A stretch of 64,000 nt of DNA from an uncultured Clostridia bacterium (GTDB lineage: Bacteria > Bacillota > Clostridia > Christensenellales > CAMQZB01): contig CAZIPL010000004.1 in NCBI GenBank assembly GCA_964541255.1, positions 424 through 64,423 of the forward strand, given 5' to 3'. The notes beneath the pieces are model-generated. The model was not told the origin of the DNA. It did not search any database and saw only the letters and a list, made by a program, of their open reading frames with translations. Within the stretch, counting starts at the first letter, position 1, and each line of letters begins with the position of its first letter. The translations under genes were made by a program, and so were the position numbers. This document shows, piece after piece, positions 1-9,070 of this stretch.

Positions 1-2
1 TA

Positions 3-920
3 AATTTGTTCTCAGGTGCATTCGGAACTAAAAGAAGAATCTGGCTTTTCTTGCAAGATACTTCGATGCTTCTTATCATCGCTCTTGCGATAACTCCTGC
101 GTTCAAGATGAAGTTCTGGAACTTGGGTGCTAACGGACAGGTTCTTATCAGCTGTCTTGCGACGATAGCATGTATGTTCTATTTGGGCGGAAAGGTTCCC
201 AATGCTCTTATTGTCGTAATAATGATTGTCGCCGGTCTTTTGGCAGGCGTAATCTGGGCGGTTATCCCTGCGATATTCAAAGCCGTTTTTGGAACGAACG
301 AGTCCCTTTTCACGTTGATGCTCAACTATATCGCAGAAGGTTTGGTTGCGTTTTTCATCAACTTGTGGGTAAAAGACGGTTCTGCCGTTCTTCGCCCCAT
401 CGAATACGGAAATCTCCCCGAGCTTGGGAATAAATACGTTCTCGTAATCATTATGGCGGCTTTGTTGACGGCGTTTTCTTTCGTATATTTTAAATATTCG
501 AAGCACGGCTATGAAATATCCGTCGTAGGCGAAAGCCAGAATACCGCGAGATATATCGGCGTCAACGTTAAGAAAGTCATTATAAGAACGCTTGTTTTGT
601 CGGGACTTATGTGCGGTATCGCGGGAATCCTTTTGGGCGGTGCGATAAATCACACGATTACTTCGACTGCGCATAACAACCTCGGATTTACCGCTATCAT
701 GGCGTCGTGGCTCGGAAAGTTCGATCCGCTTTACATTTTGGCAAGCTCTGCGTTTATCGGATTTATGACAAGAGGTATGGTTCAGGTCAATATGGCTTGC
801 GGATTCACTTCGACGGCGATGTCCGATATAGTTGTCGGAATAGTATATTTCTTCATCATCGCTTGCGAATTCCTTATCAATTACAAAGTCATTTTCCGTT
901 CGAAGAAGGAGGTAAAATAA
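3..920 (+). CDS. ABC transporter permease (BPD_transp_2 type, YufP/NupP-like), 5' end cut by window edge
   Basis: The frame is open to the first bases of the window. The product is a very hydrophobic multi-TM protein. Its stop is followed 1 nt later by a second permease gene, the tandem-permease layout of BMP-family nucleoside/simple-sugar ABC importers. Confidence 0.7.
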   Translation, partial: NLFSGAFGTKRRIWLFLQDTSMLLIIALAITPAFKMKFWNLGANGQVLISCLATIACMFYLGGKVPNALIVVIMIVAGLLAGVIWAVIPAIFKAVFGTNESLFTLMLNYIAEGLVAFFINLWVKDGSAVLRPIEYGNLPELGNKYVLVIIMAALLTAFSFVYFKYSKHGYEISVVGESQNTARYIGVNVKKVIIRTLVLSGLMCGIAGILLGGAINHTITSTAHNNLGFTAIMASWLGKFDPLYILASSAFIGFMTRGMVQVNMACGFTSTAMSDIVVGIVYFFIIACEFLINYKVIFRSKKEVK

Positions 921-921
921 T

Positions 922-1887
922 ATGTTTTCAACCTTTCTTGCAGCAGCAATATCTCTCGGCGTCGTATATCTTTTCGGTTGCTTGGGAGAAATAATCACAG
1001 AAAAAGCGGGGCACCTAAACTTGGGAATTCCCGGAATTATGTGCTTAGGCGCAACGGGCGGATGCTTTGCCGTTTCGATTTATGTCAAAGCTCTCGGCGG
1101 AAACGAACCCAGCACGTTGGTTCTTTTGTTGCTCGTTCTTTTTGGAACGTCGCTCTTTGCGGTCGCGGGAGGAATGATTTATGCGTTCCTCACGGTATCT
1201 CTTCGTTGCAATCAGAACATCACGGGCTTGACGCTCACGACGCTCGGCTCCGGCGTTGCGGAATTCTTGATGTCCTCCGTCGTAAACAGAACCTATCTTC
1301 CCAAAGCGGGTTACGCTTTGGCGGCTTCTCTTCCGTTCGCCGATAAATTAGGCGCTTTCGGAACGATATTCTTGTCTCACGGCGTATTGGTATATCTGGC
1401 AATATTCTTGGCAATCGCGGCGTCGTATGTTTTCAATCGCACGAAAGTCGGCTTGAATCTCAGAGCGGTAGGCGAAAACCCCGCTGCGGCTGACGCGGTC
1501 GGCATCAACGTTACGAAATATAAATATGCCGCTATCGCAATCGGAAGCGCGATTGCAGGTCTTGGAGGATCGTTCTATATTCTCGACTTCATCAAAGGAA
1601 GCTGGGAAAACGCTGCAACCGTTGCGGCAATGGGCTGGATAGCAATCGCACTTGTAATCTTCTCCCTTTGGCGTCCGGCGCTCAGCATATTCGGCGCGAT
1701 ACTTTTCGGTGCGCTGACGGCGGCTCCGAGCTACATCACGGGGATTTCCTTTGCCGAAATGAAGCTTTTGAAAGTTCTTCCTTATGTCGTCACCGTTGTC
1801 GTTCTTATCATCACAAGCATAAGAAATTCGAGAGAAAATCAAGGTCCCGCGGCGATAGGCGTTGCGTACTTCAGAGAAGAAAGATAA
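922..1887 (+). CDS. ABC transporter permease (BPD_transp_2 type, YufQ/NupQ-like)
   Basis: 321-aa polytopic membrane protein, translationally coupled to the upstream permease (GGAGG at 908-912). A hairpin plus T-run follows near 1988-2047. Confidence 0.7.
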   Translation: MFSTFLAAAISLGVVYLFGCLGEIITEKAGHLNLGIPGIMCLGATGGCFAVSIYVKALGGNEPSTLVLLLLVLFGTSLFAVAGGMIYAFLTVSLRCNQNITGLTLTTLGSGVAEFLMSSVVNRTYLPKAGYALAASLPFADKLGAFGTIFLSHGVLVYLAIFLAIAASYVFNRTKVGLNLRAVGENPAAADAVGINVTKYKYAAIAIGSAIAGLGGSFYILDFIKGSWENAATVAAMGWIAIALVIFSLWRPALSIFGAILFGALTAAPSYITGISFAEMKLLKVLPYVVTVVVLIITSIRNSRENQGPAAIGVAYFREER

Positions 1888-1987
1888 TCTTTATTGAATT
1901 TTTGTATCGCTAAACACCTTTTCGAGAAACGGTATGTTTTTATAAACTTCTCTCGAAATACTTTTTAGAATGAACTAAATAAAATAT

Positions 1988-2047
1988 AGCCTCGAGTTTT
2001 TTATAAATCGCGTTGTTATCGCAAAAATTCGAGGCTTGTTTTTTTTA
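1988..2047 (+). terminator. Probable intrinsic terminator after the permease pair
   Basis: AGCCTCGA...TCGAGGCT stem with a long, partly paired interior, followed by T8. Confidence 0.5.
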
Positions 2048-2141
2048 TGTTGGCGCTTTAGCAAAGTAGAGAACAACAGCAAAACGCTTGCCAAGAGATT
2101 TTGTTTATGATACAATATCAGTCGCAAAGGGAGGGGATTAC

Positions 2142-2429
2142 ATGGTAGATAAGGTAACAGACGCGATGAGAGAGTCGCTTTACGCCACGATTATAAAGGC
2201 AAATACCGTTGAAGAATGCAAAATGCTTCTCGACGACTTGTGTACGAAAAACGAGGTCGATCAGATGGCGCAGAGAGTTTATGCCGCAAAGCTTCTTATG
2301 GAGGGGAATACCTATTCCAAGGTAATCGCCGAAACGGATATTTCTTCCGCAACGCTTTCGAGAGTTTCTACTTGCGTAAGACACGGCGCGGGCGGATATA
2401 AAAAGTTTATAGAGACAACCAAATCTTAA
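2142..2429 (+). CDS. YerC/YecD-family (TrpR-like) small DNA-binding protein
   Basis: ATG at 2142 lies 5 nt after GGGAGGGG. The roughly 95-aa product has the pattern LCT..E....AQR..AAKLL..G..Y..I...T..S.ATLSRV typical of the YerC/YecD TrpR-like family. The longer ORF-track start at 2088 lacks an RBS. Confidence 0.7.
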   Translation: MVDKVTDAMRESLYATIIKANTVEECKMLLDDLCTKNEVDQMAQRVYAAKLLMEGNTYSKVIAETDISSATLSRVSTCVRHGAGGYKKFIETTKS

Positions 2430-2458
2430 TATTTTTAAGTTTTTTAATTATTGACGAG

Positions 2459-2486
2459 ACACCGCTTTTTCGAGGCGGTGTTTTTG
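2459..2486 (+). terminator. Intrinsic terminator
   Basis: ACACCGC-loop-GCGGTGT followed by TTTT. Confidence 0.8.
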
Positions 2487-2779
2487 TATGCGTAAAAAGA
2501 TTTCTGTGAAGAAATTCTATTGTCTTTTTAACGTCAAAGCTTCAAATATAGAGAAAAGCTTTTCATTGACTTGCGATTTTCTATAATAATTTTGAACATA
2601 GAAAAAGAATAATCGAAGGGATAACATAACAAAAAAGTGCCAATAAAAATGCGTCGCAACGCATTTATTCGATGTTTTCGTTGCCATAAAAATATTTTCC
2701 GTTTTTTTGACAAGAATAGTAGTTGTTCTTTGGTGTAATAATAATCGTATATTATTTGAAATTACGAATAGAGGGGAAA

Positions 2780-3739
2780 ATGAGAATTAAAAAATTAATA
2801 GCTGCGGTTTTGATGATTGCCGTCGCAGCGATTTCTATGCCGACCGCGGCGTTTGCAAAGGCGGGTGAATATGTCACCGTAGGCGGTTTTGCCATAGGCT
2901 TGGAGCTTTGCGTTGACGGCGTTGCCGTGGTTGACGTCAACGAAAAATCGTCGAACGATTTTGAGGTGGGCGACGTGATAGTCGATGTCGACGGGAAAAA
3001 GGTGGGCGATATAGCTGAGCTTAGAAAAGCCGTCAAGGATAAAAGCGGTAGCTTTTCCGTCACCGTAATAAGAAACGGCGAAGAACAAAAAGTCTTTGCG
3101 AAAAAAGGAGGAAACGGCGAGCTTGGAATTACCGTCAGAGATACTTTGCGAGGGGTGGGAACGGTTACTTACGTCAAGTCCGACGGAACGTTTGCGTCGC
3201 TCGGACATCCCGTAGGAGCGGCAAAGGGGAAAAGTCCGCTGATTATTTCAGGCGGAAGCACAAGTTCTGCCGTTGTTTTAGGGGTAAATAAAGGAACGAA
3301 AGGAAGAGCGGGAGAGCTTAAGGCGGTTTTTGTCGAGGGCGGAGAGCTTAGCGGAACGATAAAGTCCAATACGAATTTCGGCGTTTTCGGAAAGCTAAAC
3401 GGGGAAGCGAATAATCCGATATATAAAAAGAAAGTGCAGGTTGCCTCGCGCGACGAAGCTTTTTTGGGTAAAGCGACGATTCTTGCTACGGTAGACGGCA
3501 AGAATGTCAAGGAATACGACATCGAGATAGTATCGCTTGCCAATCAAAAATCTCCGAGCGAGAAAGGACTTGTCATTAAGGTGGTCGATAAGGAGCTCTT
3601 AGAAAAAACGGGCGGAATAGTTCAAGGAATGAGCGGAAGTCCGATTATGCAAAACGGCAAATTGATCGGCGCCGTAACGCACGTTTTCTTGAACGATTCG
3701 ACGAGAGGATACGGGATATTTGCAGAGTTTATGGACTGA
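2780..3739 (+). CDS. spoIVB: SpoIVB peptidase (S55 sporulation signalling serine protease)
   Basis: ATG at 2780 follows GAGGGG (2771-2776). N-terminal TM/signal, a PDZ-like segment (GDVIVDVDGKKVGDIAELRKAV), His in SLGHPV and Ser in QGMSGSPI match the S55 catalytic pattern. The C-terminus reads GYGIFAEFM. Confidence 0.85.
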   Translation: MRIKKLIAAVLMIAVAAISMPTAAFAKAGEYVTVGGFAIGLELCVDGVAVVDVNEKSSNDFEVGDVIVDVDGKKVGDIAELRKAVKDKSGSFSVTVIRNGEEQKVFAKKGGNGELGITVRDTLRGVGTVTYVKSDGTFASLGHPVGAAKGKSPLIISGGSTSSAVVLGVNKGTKGRAGELKAVFVEGGELSGTIKSNTNFGVFGKLNGEANNPIYKKKVQVASRDEAFLGKATILATVDGKNVKEYDIEIVSLANQKSPSEKGLVIKVVDKELLEKTGGIVQGMSGSPIMQNGKLIGAVTHVFLNDSTRGYGIFAEFMD

Positions 3740-3947
3740 GTTTGCTTTTGATGGGGTTGACATAAAATGCTTTTATTGCTAAACGCCAAAACAGTTCGAA
3801 CATATAATACTCTGTGGTTCGGAAAGAAGTGCGGATTTCTGAGAATGGTCGTATTCAAGCGATATTTGAGATGATTAAAGACGCAATCTAAGAAATATAT
3901 ACGAAACGTTTTTTAACGTAAATGACGAGGGCTTCATATAATCATAT

Positions 3948-4502
3948 ATGAAGTCCTTTCTCGGCAAAGTTTTTTGTGCAAACATTTTGCTATACGTTCT
4001 TATGCTTGTCGTTTTCGGTTGCGGAATTGTTTTGGGAATAATTTTTTGCGACGAGTTGGTGGAAATAAGCGTCGTTTCGGAAGAATATTATCTCGTCGTT
4101 TTCGGAAGCGAAAGCGGAACGACGATTTTTTTGTCTCGCGTTGTCAATAACCTTTTTTTGTGCATTATTTTTTCTGCGACATTCATTTCGCCGTTTTTTA
4201 TCGTACTTTCCGTCTTAGCGCTTTTCTATCGCGGCTTTGTTCTCGGAACCGCACTAATATCCGTAATAGCCTCTTTAGGCGGCGTAGGCGTTTTGCTATG
4301 CGTCTTTTTGATTATCCCGATTCAAATGCTTTTGCATTTTGCGTTGCTGTCGATTAGTTTATTTTATTTCAAAAGTGCGAAAAGCGGATTAAAAGAGTTT
4401 ATTCCGAGCTTTTTGGGATTTTATGTCGCAACTCTTTCGGTAGCTTTATTGGAACTTTCGGTGATATATTTTGTGATACGTCCGTTGACCGTCGTTTTGT
4501 GA
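3948..4502 (+). CDS. SpoIIM-like (DUF95 family) integral membrane protein
   Basis: 184 aa with about 5 TM segments. FYRGFVLGTAL and IPIQMLL segments resemble the SpoIIM core as I recall it. The gene lies between spoIVB and a sporulation-type DD-carboxypeptidase. The RBS is weak. Confidence 0.45.
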   Translation: MKSFLGKVFCANILLYVLMLVVFGCGIVLGIIFCDELVEISVVSEEYYLVVFGSESGTTIFLSRVVNNLFLCIIFSATFISPFFIVLSVLALFYRGFVLGTALISVIASLGGVGVLLCVFLIIPIQMLLHFALLSISLFYFKSAKSGLKEFIPSFLGFYVATLSVALLELSVIYFVIRPLTVVL

Positions 4503-4549
4503 ATAAATATTCAAGTGTTTTTTCATAATACTATCATAAAGGAGAAGTT

Positions 4550-5677
4550 ATGAAGAAAAAGATATTGACGGTTATGTTTGCGATTTTGCTTTCCTTGGTG
4601 CCGTGCTTAGGGGTAAATCTTGCATACGCGGAAGAAATAACGGGAAGCGCAAAGGGTATGTGCCTTATGGATTATGAAAGCGGCACGGTGGTTTTCGATA
4701 AAAACGCGGACGAGAAGCTCCCCGTTGCTAGTATGACGAAAATAATGACTTTGTGCGTTATTTTCGACGAAATAAATTGCGGCGAGCTTGCGCTTGACGA
4801 AAAAATCGTCGCGTCTGAAAAGGCGCAAGGAATGGGAGGCTCGCAAGTGTTTATCGAATGCGGAGGTGAATACGAGGTCGAAGAGCTTGTGAAAGCCATA
4901 ATCGTATGCTCGGCGAACGATGCGTGCGTTGCTTTGGCGGAAAGAATCGCAGGAAGCGAAAGCGGATTTGTTACGCTTATGAACAAAAAGGCGGAATCGC
5001 TTAATATGACAAACACCCATTTTGCAAACTGCACGGGGCTTCCTTGCGTAAACGGCTATTCGACGGCGAGAGATATGTGCCTTGCGATGAGAGAGCTTGC
5101 CAAAAACGAAAAGTATTTCGAATACGCAAAGATTTGGACGGAAGACTTTTTGCATCCGAAGGGAAGAGTTACGGGTATGACCAATACAAACAAGCTTTTG
5201 AGAAGAAATATCGGTGTCGATGCGGGAAAGACGGGTTATACTTCCGAGGCAATGCATTGCATGACGGCGACGGGTAAGAAAGGAGATATGCGACTTATCG
5301 CATGTGTAATCGGAGCAAGTAGCTCGAAGGAGCGTTTTGATCTTGTTGAAAAGCTTTTGAAATACGGTTACGGCGAATATGAAAGCGTTGCTCTTTTGAA
5401 AAAAGGCGAAGCGGTTGAAACGCCTCTTGACGTAAAAAGAGGTAAAGAAAAAACGCTTTACGGGATTGCTACGGAAAACTATTATGCCTTTACGAAAAAA
5501 CGCGTCACGCCTGACGAAACGGTTGAAATAACCTATACGAAGAAAAACGCGCCGATTGCAAAGGGTGAGGAGATAGGATATGCGACGGTATATAAAAACG
5601 GCGAGGAAGTGAAAAGAATACCTATTGTTGCCGAAAACGAAGTGAAGCGACGCGGATTGTTTGACATATTCGGATAA
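4550..5677 (+). CDS. D-alanyl-D-alanine carboxypeptidase (peptidase S11, PBP5/DacB-DacF-like)
   Basis: Signal peptide, and the penicillin-binding triad SMTK (SxxK), SAND (SxN) and KTGYT (KTG). RBS AAAGGAG is 6 nt upstream, and a strong terminator lies at 5687-5725. Confidence 0.9.
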   Translation: MKKKILTVMFAILLSLVPCLGVNLAYAEEITGSAKGMCLMDYESGTVVFDKNADEKLPVASMTKIMTLCVIFDEINCGELALDEKIVASEKAQGMGGSQVFIECGGEYEVEELVKAIIVCSANDACVALAERIAGSESGFVTLMNKKAESLNMTNTHFANCTGLPCVNGYSTARDMCLAMRELAKNEKYFEYAKIWTEDFLHPKGRVTGMTNTNKLLRRNIGVDAGKTGYTSEAMHCMTATGKKGDMRLIACVIGASSSKERFDLVEKLLKYGYGEYESVALLKKGEAVETPLDVKRGKEKTLYGIATENYYAFTKKRVTPDETVEITYTKKNAPIAKGEEIGYATVYKNGEEVKRIPIVAENEVKRRGLFDIFG

Positions 5678-5686
5678 TTGCTATAT

Positions 5687-5725
5687 AGTACCTTTTTGTG
5701 TGAAAATGCAAAAAGGTACTTTTTC
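5687..5725 (+). terminator. Intrinsic terminator
   Basis: AGTACCTTTTT / AAAAAGGTACT 11-bp stem followed by TTTT. Confidence 0.8.
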
Positions 5726-5996
5726 TGTAACGAGCGTAAACGCTTTTTATATCGGCTTTAACGAAAATGCGTTTTGCCGTAAAAAGATATATGCGCAAAA
5801 AGTAATGTTTATTTCCAATGCTTTTTTGTAACTTTTCTGCGAAAGAATATACGAATAAGCAAACGCGGCGTTTTATCACTTTCTTACGGGTTATGAGCCT
5901 TTTTATTGATGTCTTTTGTTAATATATATATGGCAGTTTGCCGCAAAAAACATACGAAAAAGGTACTGTTATTTTTCATACTGTTCAAAGACGAAA

Positions 5997-6833
5997 ATGC
6001 GTGTTAGAATGAAAACGATAAAAAATGACAAGAGGGGTAAAATCTTGGAAAATAAGAAAGGTAACGATTTTTTTGAAAAGCACGGCCACTTGATTTGGTC
6101 GTTGATGTCGTTGATTCTCGCCATATTCGTATGGTGGCTTATTTCGCTTTCGGAAGCGGGCGGAGTCGTATTCTCGTCTCCCGGCGCCGTTTTCAAACGC
6201 GGAGTCGAATACATAAAAAACGGCACACTTTGGGGACACGCAAGCTTGAGCTTATTTAGGGTCGTATGCGGCTTCTTGATCGGCTTTGTCGTTTCGATTC
6301 CCGTAGCGTTCCTTATGGGCTGGTATAAACCCGTAAGACTTTTGTTCGAACCTTGGATCAAGTTCTTGAAGTGCATTCCGCCGATTTCGTATATTCCGCT
6401 CGTAGTCGTTGCGGCAGGTATCGGCGAAAAGGCGAAAATCATAGTCATTTTCATTGCGTGCTTCCTAACTTGCGTAGTAACCATTTATCAAGGCGTATTG
6501 AACGTTGACGAAACGCTTATTAAAGCGGCAAAGGTTCTCGGTGCGAAAGACATCAATATGTTCTTAACCGTCGTAGTTCCCGCGTCCACTCCGTTCATCG
6601 TAACGGCAATGAAGCTCGGCTTGTCGTCGGCTCTCACGACGCTTATCGCCTCCGAAATGGTAGGAGCCGTCAAGGGACTCGGTACGATGATTCAGACAGC
6701 GAGCCAATACTTCATGATGGACGTAGTACTTCTCGGTATCGTAATTATCGGCGCAATCGGAATTATTCTTCAGGTATTGGTAGAATTCCTCGAGAAGAAG
6801 CTCACCGGTTGGCAGGAAAAGAGAGAGGTGTAA
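5997..6833 (+). CDS. ABC transporter permease, NitT/TauT (SsuC/TauC-like) family
   Basis: 6-TM BPD_transp_1-type permease, followed directly by an ATPase and an NMT1/SsuA-like binding protein. The start is ambiguous (ATG at 5997 or 6009; the track start at 5916 is unlikely). Confidence 0.8.
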   Translation: MRVRMKTIKNDKRGKILENKKGNDFFEKHGHLIWSLMSLILAIFVWWLISLSEAGGVVFSSPGAVFKRGVEYIKNGTLWGHASLSLFRVVCGFLIGFVVSIPVAFLMGWYKPVRLLFEPWIKFLKCIPPISYIPLVVVAAGIGEKAKIIVIFIACFLTCVVTIYQGVLNVDETLIKAAKVLGAKDINMFLTVVVPASTPFIVTAMKLGLSSALTTLIASEMVGAVKGLGTMIQTASQYFMMDVVLLGIVIIGAIGIILQVLVEFLEKKLTGWQEKREV

Positions 6834-6834
6834 T

Positions 6835-7785
6835 ATGGAAAATCGCAAAGTTAAGGTTAAAATCGATAACGTATATAAAGAGTATGAGGGAAGAAACGGC
6901 AAAGTAATCGCTTTGAACGGAATGAACCTCGACATATACGAGAATGAGTTTATTTGTATAGTAGGACCTTCCGGTTGCGGTAAGTCTACGATCCTCAACA
7001 TCATCGCGGGACTTTTGAAAGCAACGAGCGGAAAGGTTATCTGCAACGGACAGGTGGTTGACGGAACGGGCGCTGAAAGAGGCGTTGTGTTCCAGCAATA
7101 CGCACTGTTTCCGTGGCTTACGGTTAGAAAGAACATCGAATACGGTTTGAAATATGCTGAGCTTCCCGATGAAACGAAGCCCAATATGACCGTTGAAGAA
7201 TGGCGCTCTAAGACCGAAAAGGATATGAGAAAGCGCCTCAAAAAGCAAGGATATAAGGGTGAAGAGATTGAAAAGCTCGTTAACGATTATTACACCGACA
7301 ACGAGCCTCCCAAGCCCACGAGAAAGTATACGGCGGAAGAGAAAAACGCAATCGTAGACAGATACCTTAAAATGGTTCAGCTCGAACAGTTTGCCGATTC
7401 TTATCCGAAAGAGCTTTCGGGCGGTATGAAACAGCGCGTCGCTCTTGCAAGAGCTTATGCAGTCAATCCCGAAATTCTTCTTCTCGACGAGCCGTTCGGC
7501 GCACTCGACGCGCAGACGAGAACGCAGCTTCAGTCCGACCTTATCGAGATGTGGGAAAAGGAAAAGAAAACCTGCTTATTCATAACGCACGACATCGAAG
7601 AAGCGATAATCTTAGGCTCTCGCGTAGTCATTATGAGCGCAAGACCGGGAAGAATCAAAGAGATTATCGACGTAAACATTCCTCATCCGAGGAACCAAAA
7701 AACGAAAATATCCGAAGAGTTCTTGAAACTCAAATCCTACATTTGGGAAAGAGTATACGAAGAGTATCTTTCGGATAGAAAATAA
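6835..7785 (+). CDS. ABC transporter ATP-binding protein, NitT/TauT family, with an extra insertion of about 50 aa
   Basis: Walker A GPSGCGKST, Q-loop VFQQYALFPW, signature LSGGMKQR, Walker B LLLDEPFGALD and H-loop ITHD are all present. At 316 aa it is longer than the roughly 255 aa typical of SsuB/TauB. Confidence 0.9.
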   Translation: MENRKVKVKIDNVYKEYEGRNGKVIALNGMNLDIYENEFICIVGPSGCGKSTILNIIAGLLKATSGKVICNGQVVDGTGAERGVVFQQYALFPWLTVRKNIEYGLKYAELPDETKPNMTVEEWRSKTEKDMRKRLKKQGYKGEEIEKLVNDYYTDNEPPKPTRKYTAEEKNAIVDRYLKMVQLEQFADSYPKELSGGMKQRVALARAYAVNPEILLLDEPFGALDAQTRTQLQSDLIEMWEKEKKTCLFITHDIEEAIILGSRVVIMSARPGRIKEIIDVNIPHPRNQKTKISEEFLKLKSYIWERVYEEYLSDRK

Positions 7786-7818
7786 AGCGAAATTATTTTA
7801 AAAATCATTGGAGGAAAA

Positions 7819-8835
7819 ATGATGAAAAAAGTATTATGTTTATTGCTCGCGTTAGTAATGACGCTTACCGTTTTCGTAGGTTGCAAGCAGACCCCCCCCG
7901 ACGGAGACAAACTTACTAAGCTCAACGTAGCATATCATACAAACCTCGGCGGTGCTGCTATCGTTTGCATCGGTAACGAACAGGGTATTTGGGAAAAGTA
8001 CGGCTTCGAGCTTAACCTCGTAGGATTTACTTCGGGACCCGTTGAAATCGCAGCTATGCTTTCCGGCGAACTCGATTACGGATTTATCGGACACGGCGCT
8101 CACACGCTTGCTATCGACGGCAAAGTTGACGTTCTTGCATATGAAAAGATGGGCGATGACGAAGAAATCATCACAAGCACGGATACGGGAATCAAGACTC
8201 TTGCAGACCTTAAGGGCAAGAAAGTAGGAACGACTCTCGGAACTTCCGGCGAAACCGTTTTGAGAGCTGCAATGAAAGAAGCAGGTCTTACGGACGACGA
8301 CGTTTCCATCGTTAACATGGATATGGGCGCTTGCGTAGTAGCTATGGTTAGCGGTCAGATCGACGCCGTTTGCGTTTACGCTCAATACAAGAACTCCGTA
8401 AAGGATCAGTTGGGTTCTAAGGCTGTATCGCTCGCAAAGACTTCTTCGTTCGCTTCTTTGGTATCTCCTTCTTCTTGGATCGCAACTCCCGAATACATCA
8501 CGAGAAACCACGATCAGTCCGTTAAGTTCTGCGCGGCTATCATCGAATGCATCGATTACTTTGCTTCTCACAAGGAAGAAACTTCTAAGTACGTAGCAGA
8601 TTTCTTGGGACTTGATTATGAACAGGTTCTCGCTTCCGCTCAGGGCATCACGCTTCTCACCATCGATGAGTATGAAGAAGCTTTGAACAGCGGCAAGATC
8701 GATACGATCTATCAGCTCCAGCAGGAAAACTTCTTGGAGTCCGAAAAGATCAGCGCTAAGGTCGATACCGATACTTACGTTCGTTATGACATTATGAAAG
8801 AAGCTATCGAGCTTATCAAGGCAAACGCTAAATAA
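7819..8835 (+). CDS. ABC substrate-binding lipoprotein, NMT1/THI5-SsuA/TauA-like
   Basis: Lipobox LTVFVGC follows MMKKVLCLLLALVM, and the gene is third in the permease-ATPase-SBP operon. Terminator at 8854-8885. ATG at 7822 is an alternative start. Confidence 0.75.
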   Translation: MMKKVLCLLLALVMTLTVFVGCKQTPPDGDKLTKLNVAYHTNLGGAAIVCIGNEQGIWEKYGFELNLVGFTSGPVEIAAMLSGELDYGFIGHGAHTLAIDGKVDVLAYEKMGDDEEIITSTDTGIKTLADLKGKKVGTTLGTSGETVLRAAMKEAGLTDDDVSIVNMDMGACVVAMVSGQIDAVCVYAQYKNSVKDQLGSKAVSLAKTSSFASLVSPSSWIATPEYITRNHDQSVKFCAAIIECIDYFASHKEETSKYVADFLGLDYEQVLASAQGITLLTIDEYEEALNSGKIDTIYQLQQENFLESEKISAKVDTDTYVRYDIMKEAIELIKANAK

Positions 8836-8853
8836 GAAATTATGTCATTTTGA

Positions 8854-8885
8854 GAAGTGATCGCGATTGCGGTCACTTCTTTTTA
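8854..8885 (+). terminator. Intrinsic terminator
   Basis: GAAGTGATCGC-GATT-GCGGTCACTTC followed by T5. Confidence 0.85.
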
Positions 8886-8896
8886 TTAAAACGGTA

Positions 8897-8925
8897 TTGA
8901 ACTAATGCGGAAAATAGTGTACAAT
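8897..8925 (+). promoter_or_regulatory. Putative sigma-A promoter upstream of NagB-like paralog 1
   Basis: TTGAAC (8897-8902), 17 nt, TACAAT (8920-8925). Confidence 0.45.
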
Positions 8926-9070
8926 ATAAAAAATCACATACTTGATTAAAAACAGAAATATCAAATAATCAAAGCGATTTTGCTATCGTGTGATTTATGT
9001 TTGGCTATAATTAAATACGGTTTTTTAGAATAATGCCGTAAAAACAAAAGGTTGAAATTCGGAGGGAAAA

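Noticed and set aside
12-998. 328-aa minus-strand ORF opposite the first ABC permease. Similar long antisense ORFs lie at 6564..7241, 7852..8571, 26428..27252, 36093..36800, 42290..43615, 48485..49282, 56532..57428 and 60236..61021.
   Set aside because: Each lies entirely antisense to a gene with strong family motifs. Each has an Arg/Ser/Lys-rich, low-complexity translation, lacks an RBS, and shows no recognisable domain. They are typical shadow ORFs.
2088-2141. Longer N-terminal extensions offered by the ORF track for several genes: 2088, 2723, 5916, 11637, 19683, 25712, 33985, 34085, 41558, 47972, 59834 and 62628.
   Set aside because: Internal start codons have canonical GGAGG-like RBSs at 5-9 nt and yield N-termini typical for the families. 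The extended versions add non-conserved residues without an RBS.
5726-5996. TPP riboswitch upstream of the NMT1/THI5-like ABC importer.
   Set aside because: No CTGAGA / ACCTGATCTGGATAATGCCAGCG-like conserved elements are present, so there is no support for a thiamine-related assignment of the transporter from this leader.
8926-9070. Inverted repeat AATCACA...TGTGATT in the leader of NagB-like paralog 1, as a possible riboswitch or attenuator.
   Set aside because: It has a single 7-bp pairing with a loop of about 50 nt and no following T-tract or recognisable riboswitch core. The evidence is insufficient.
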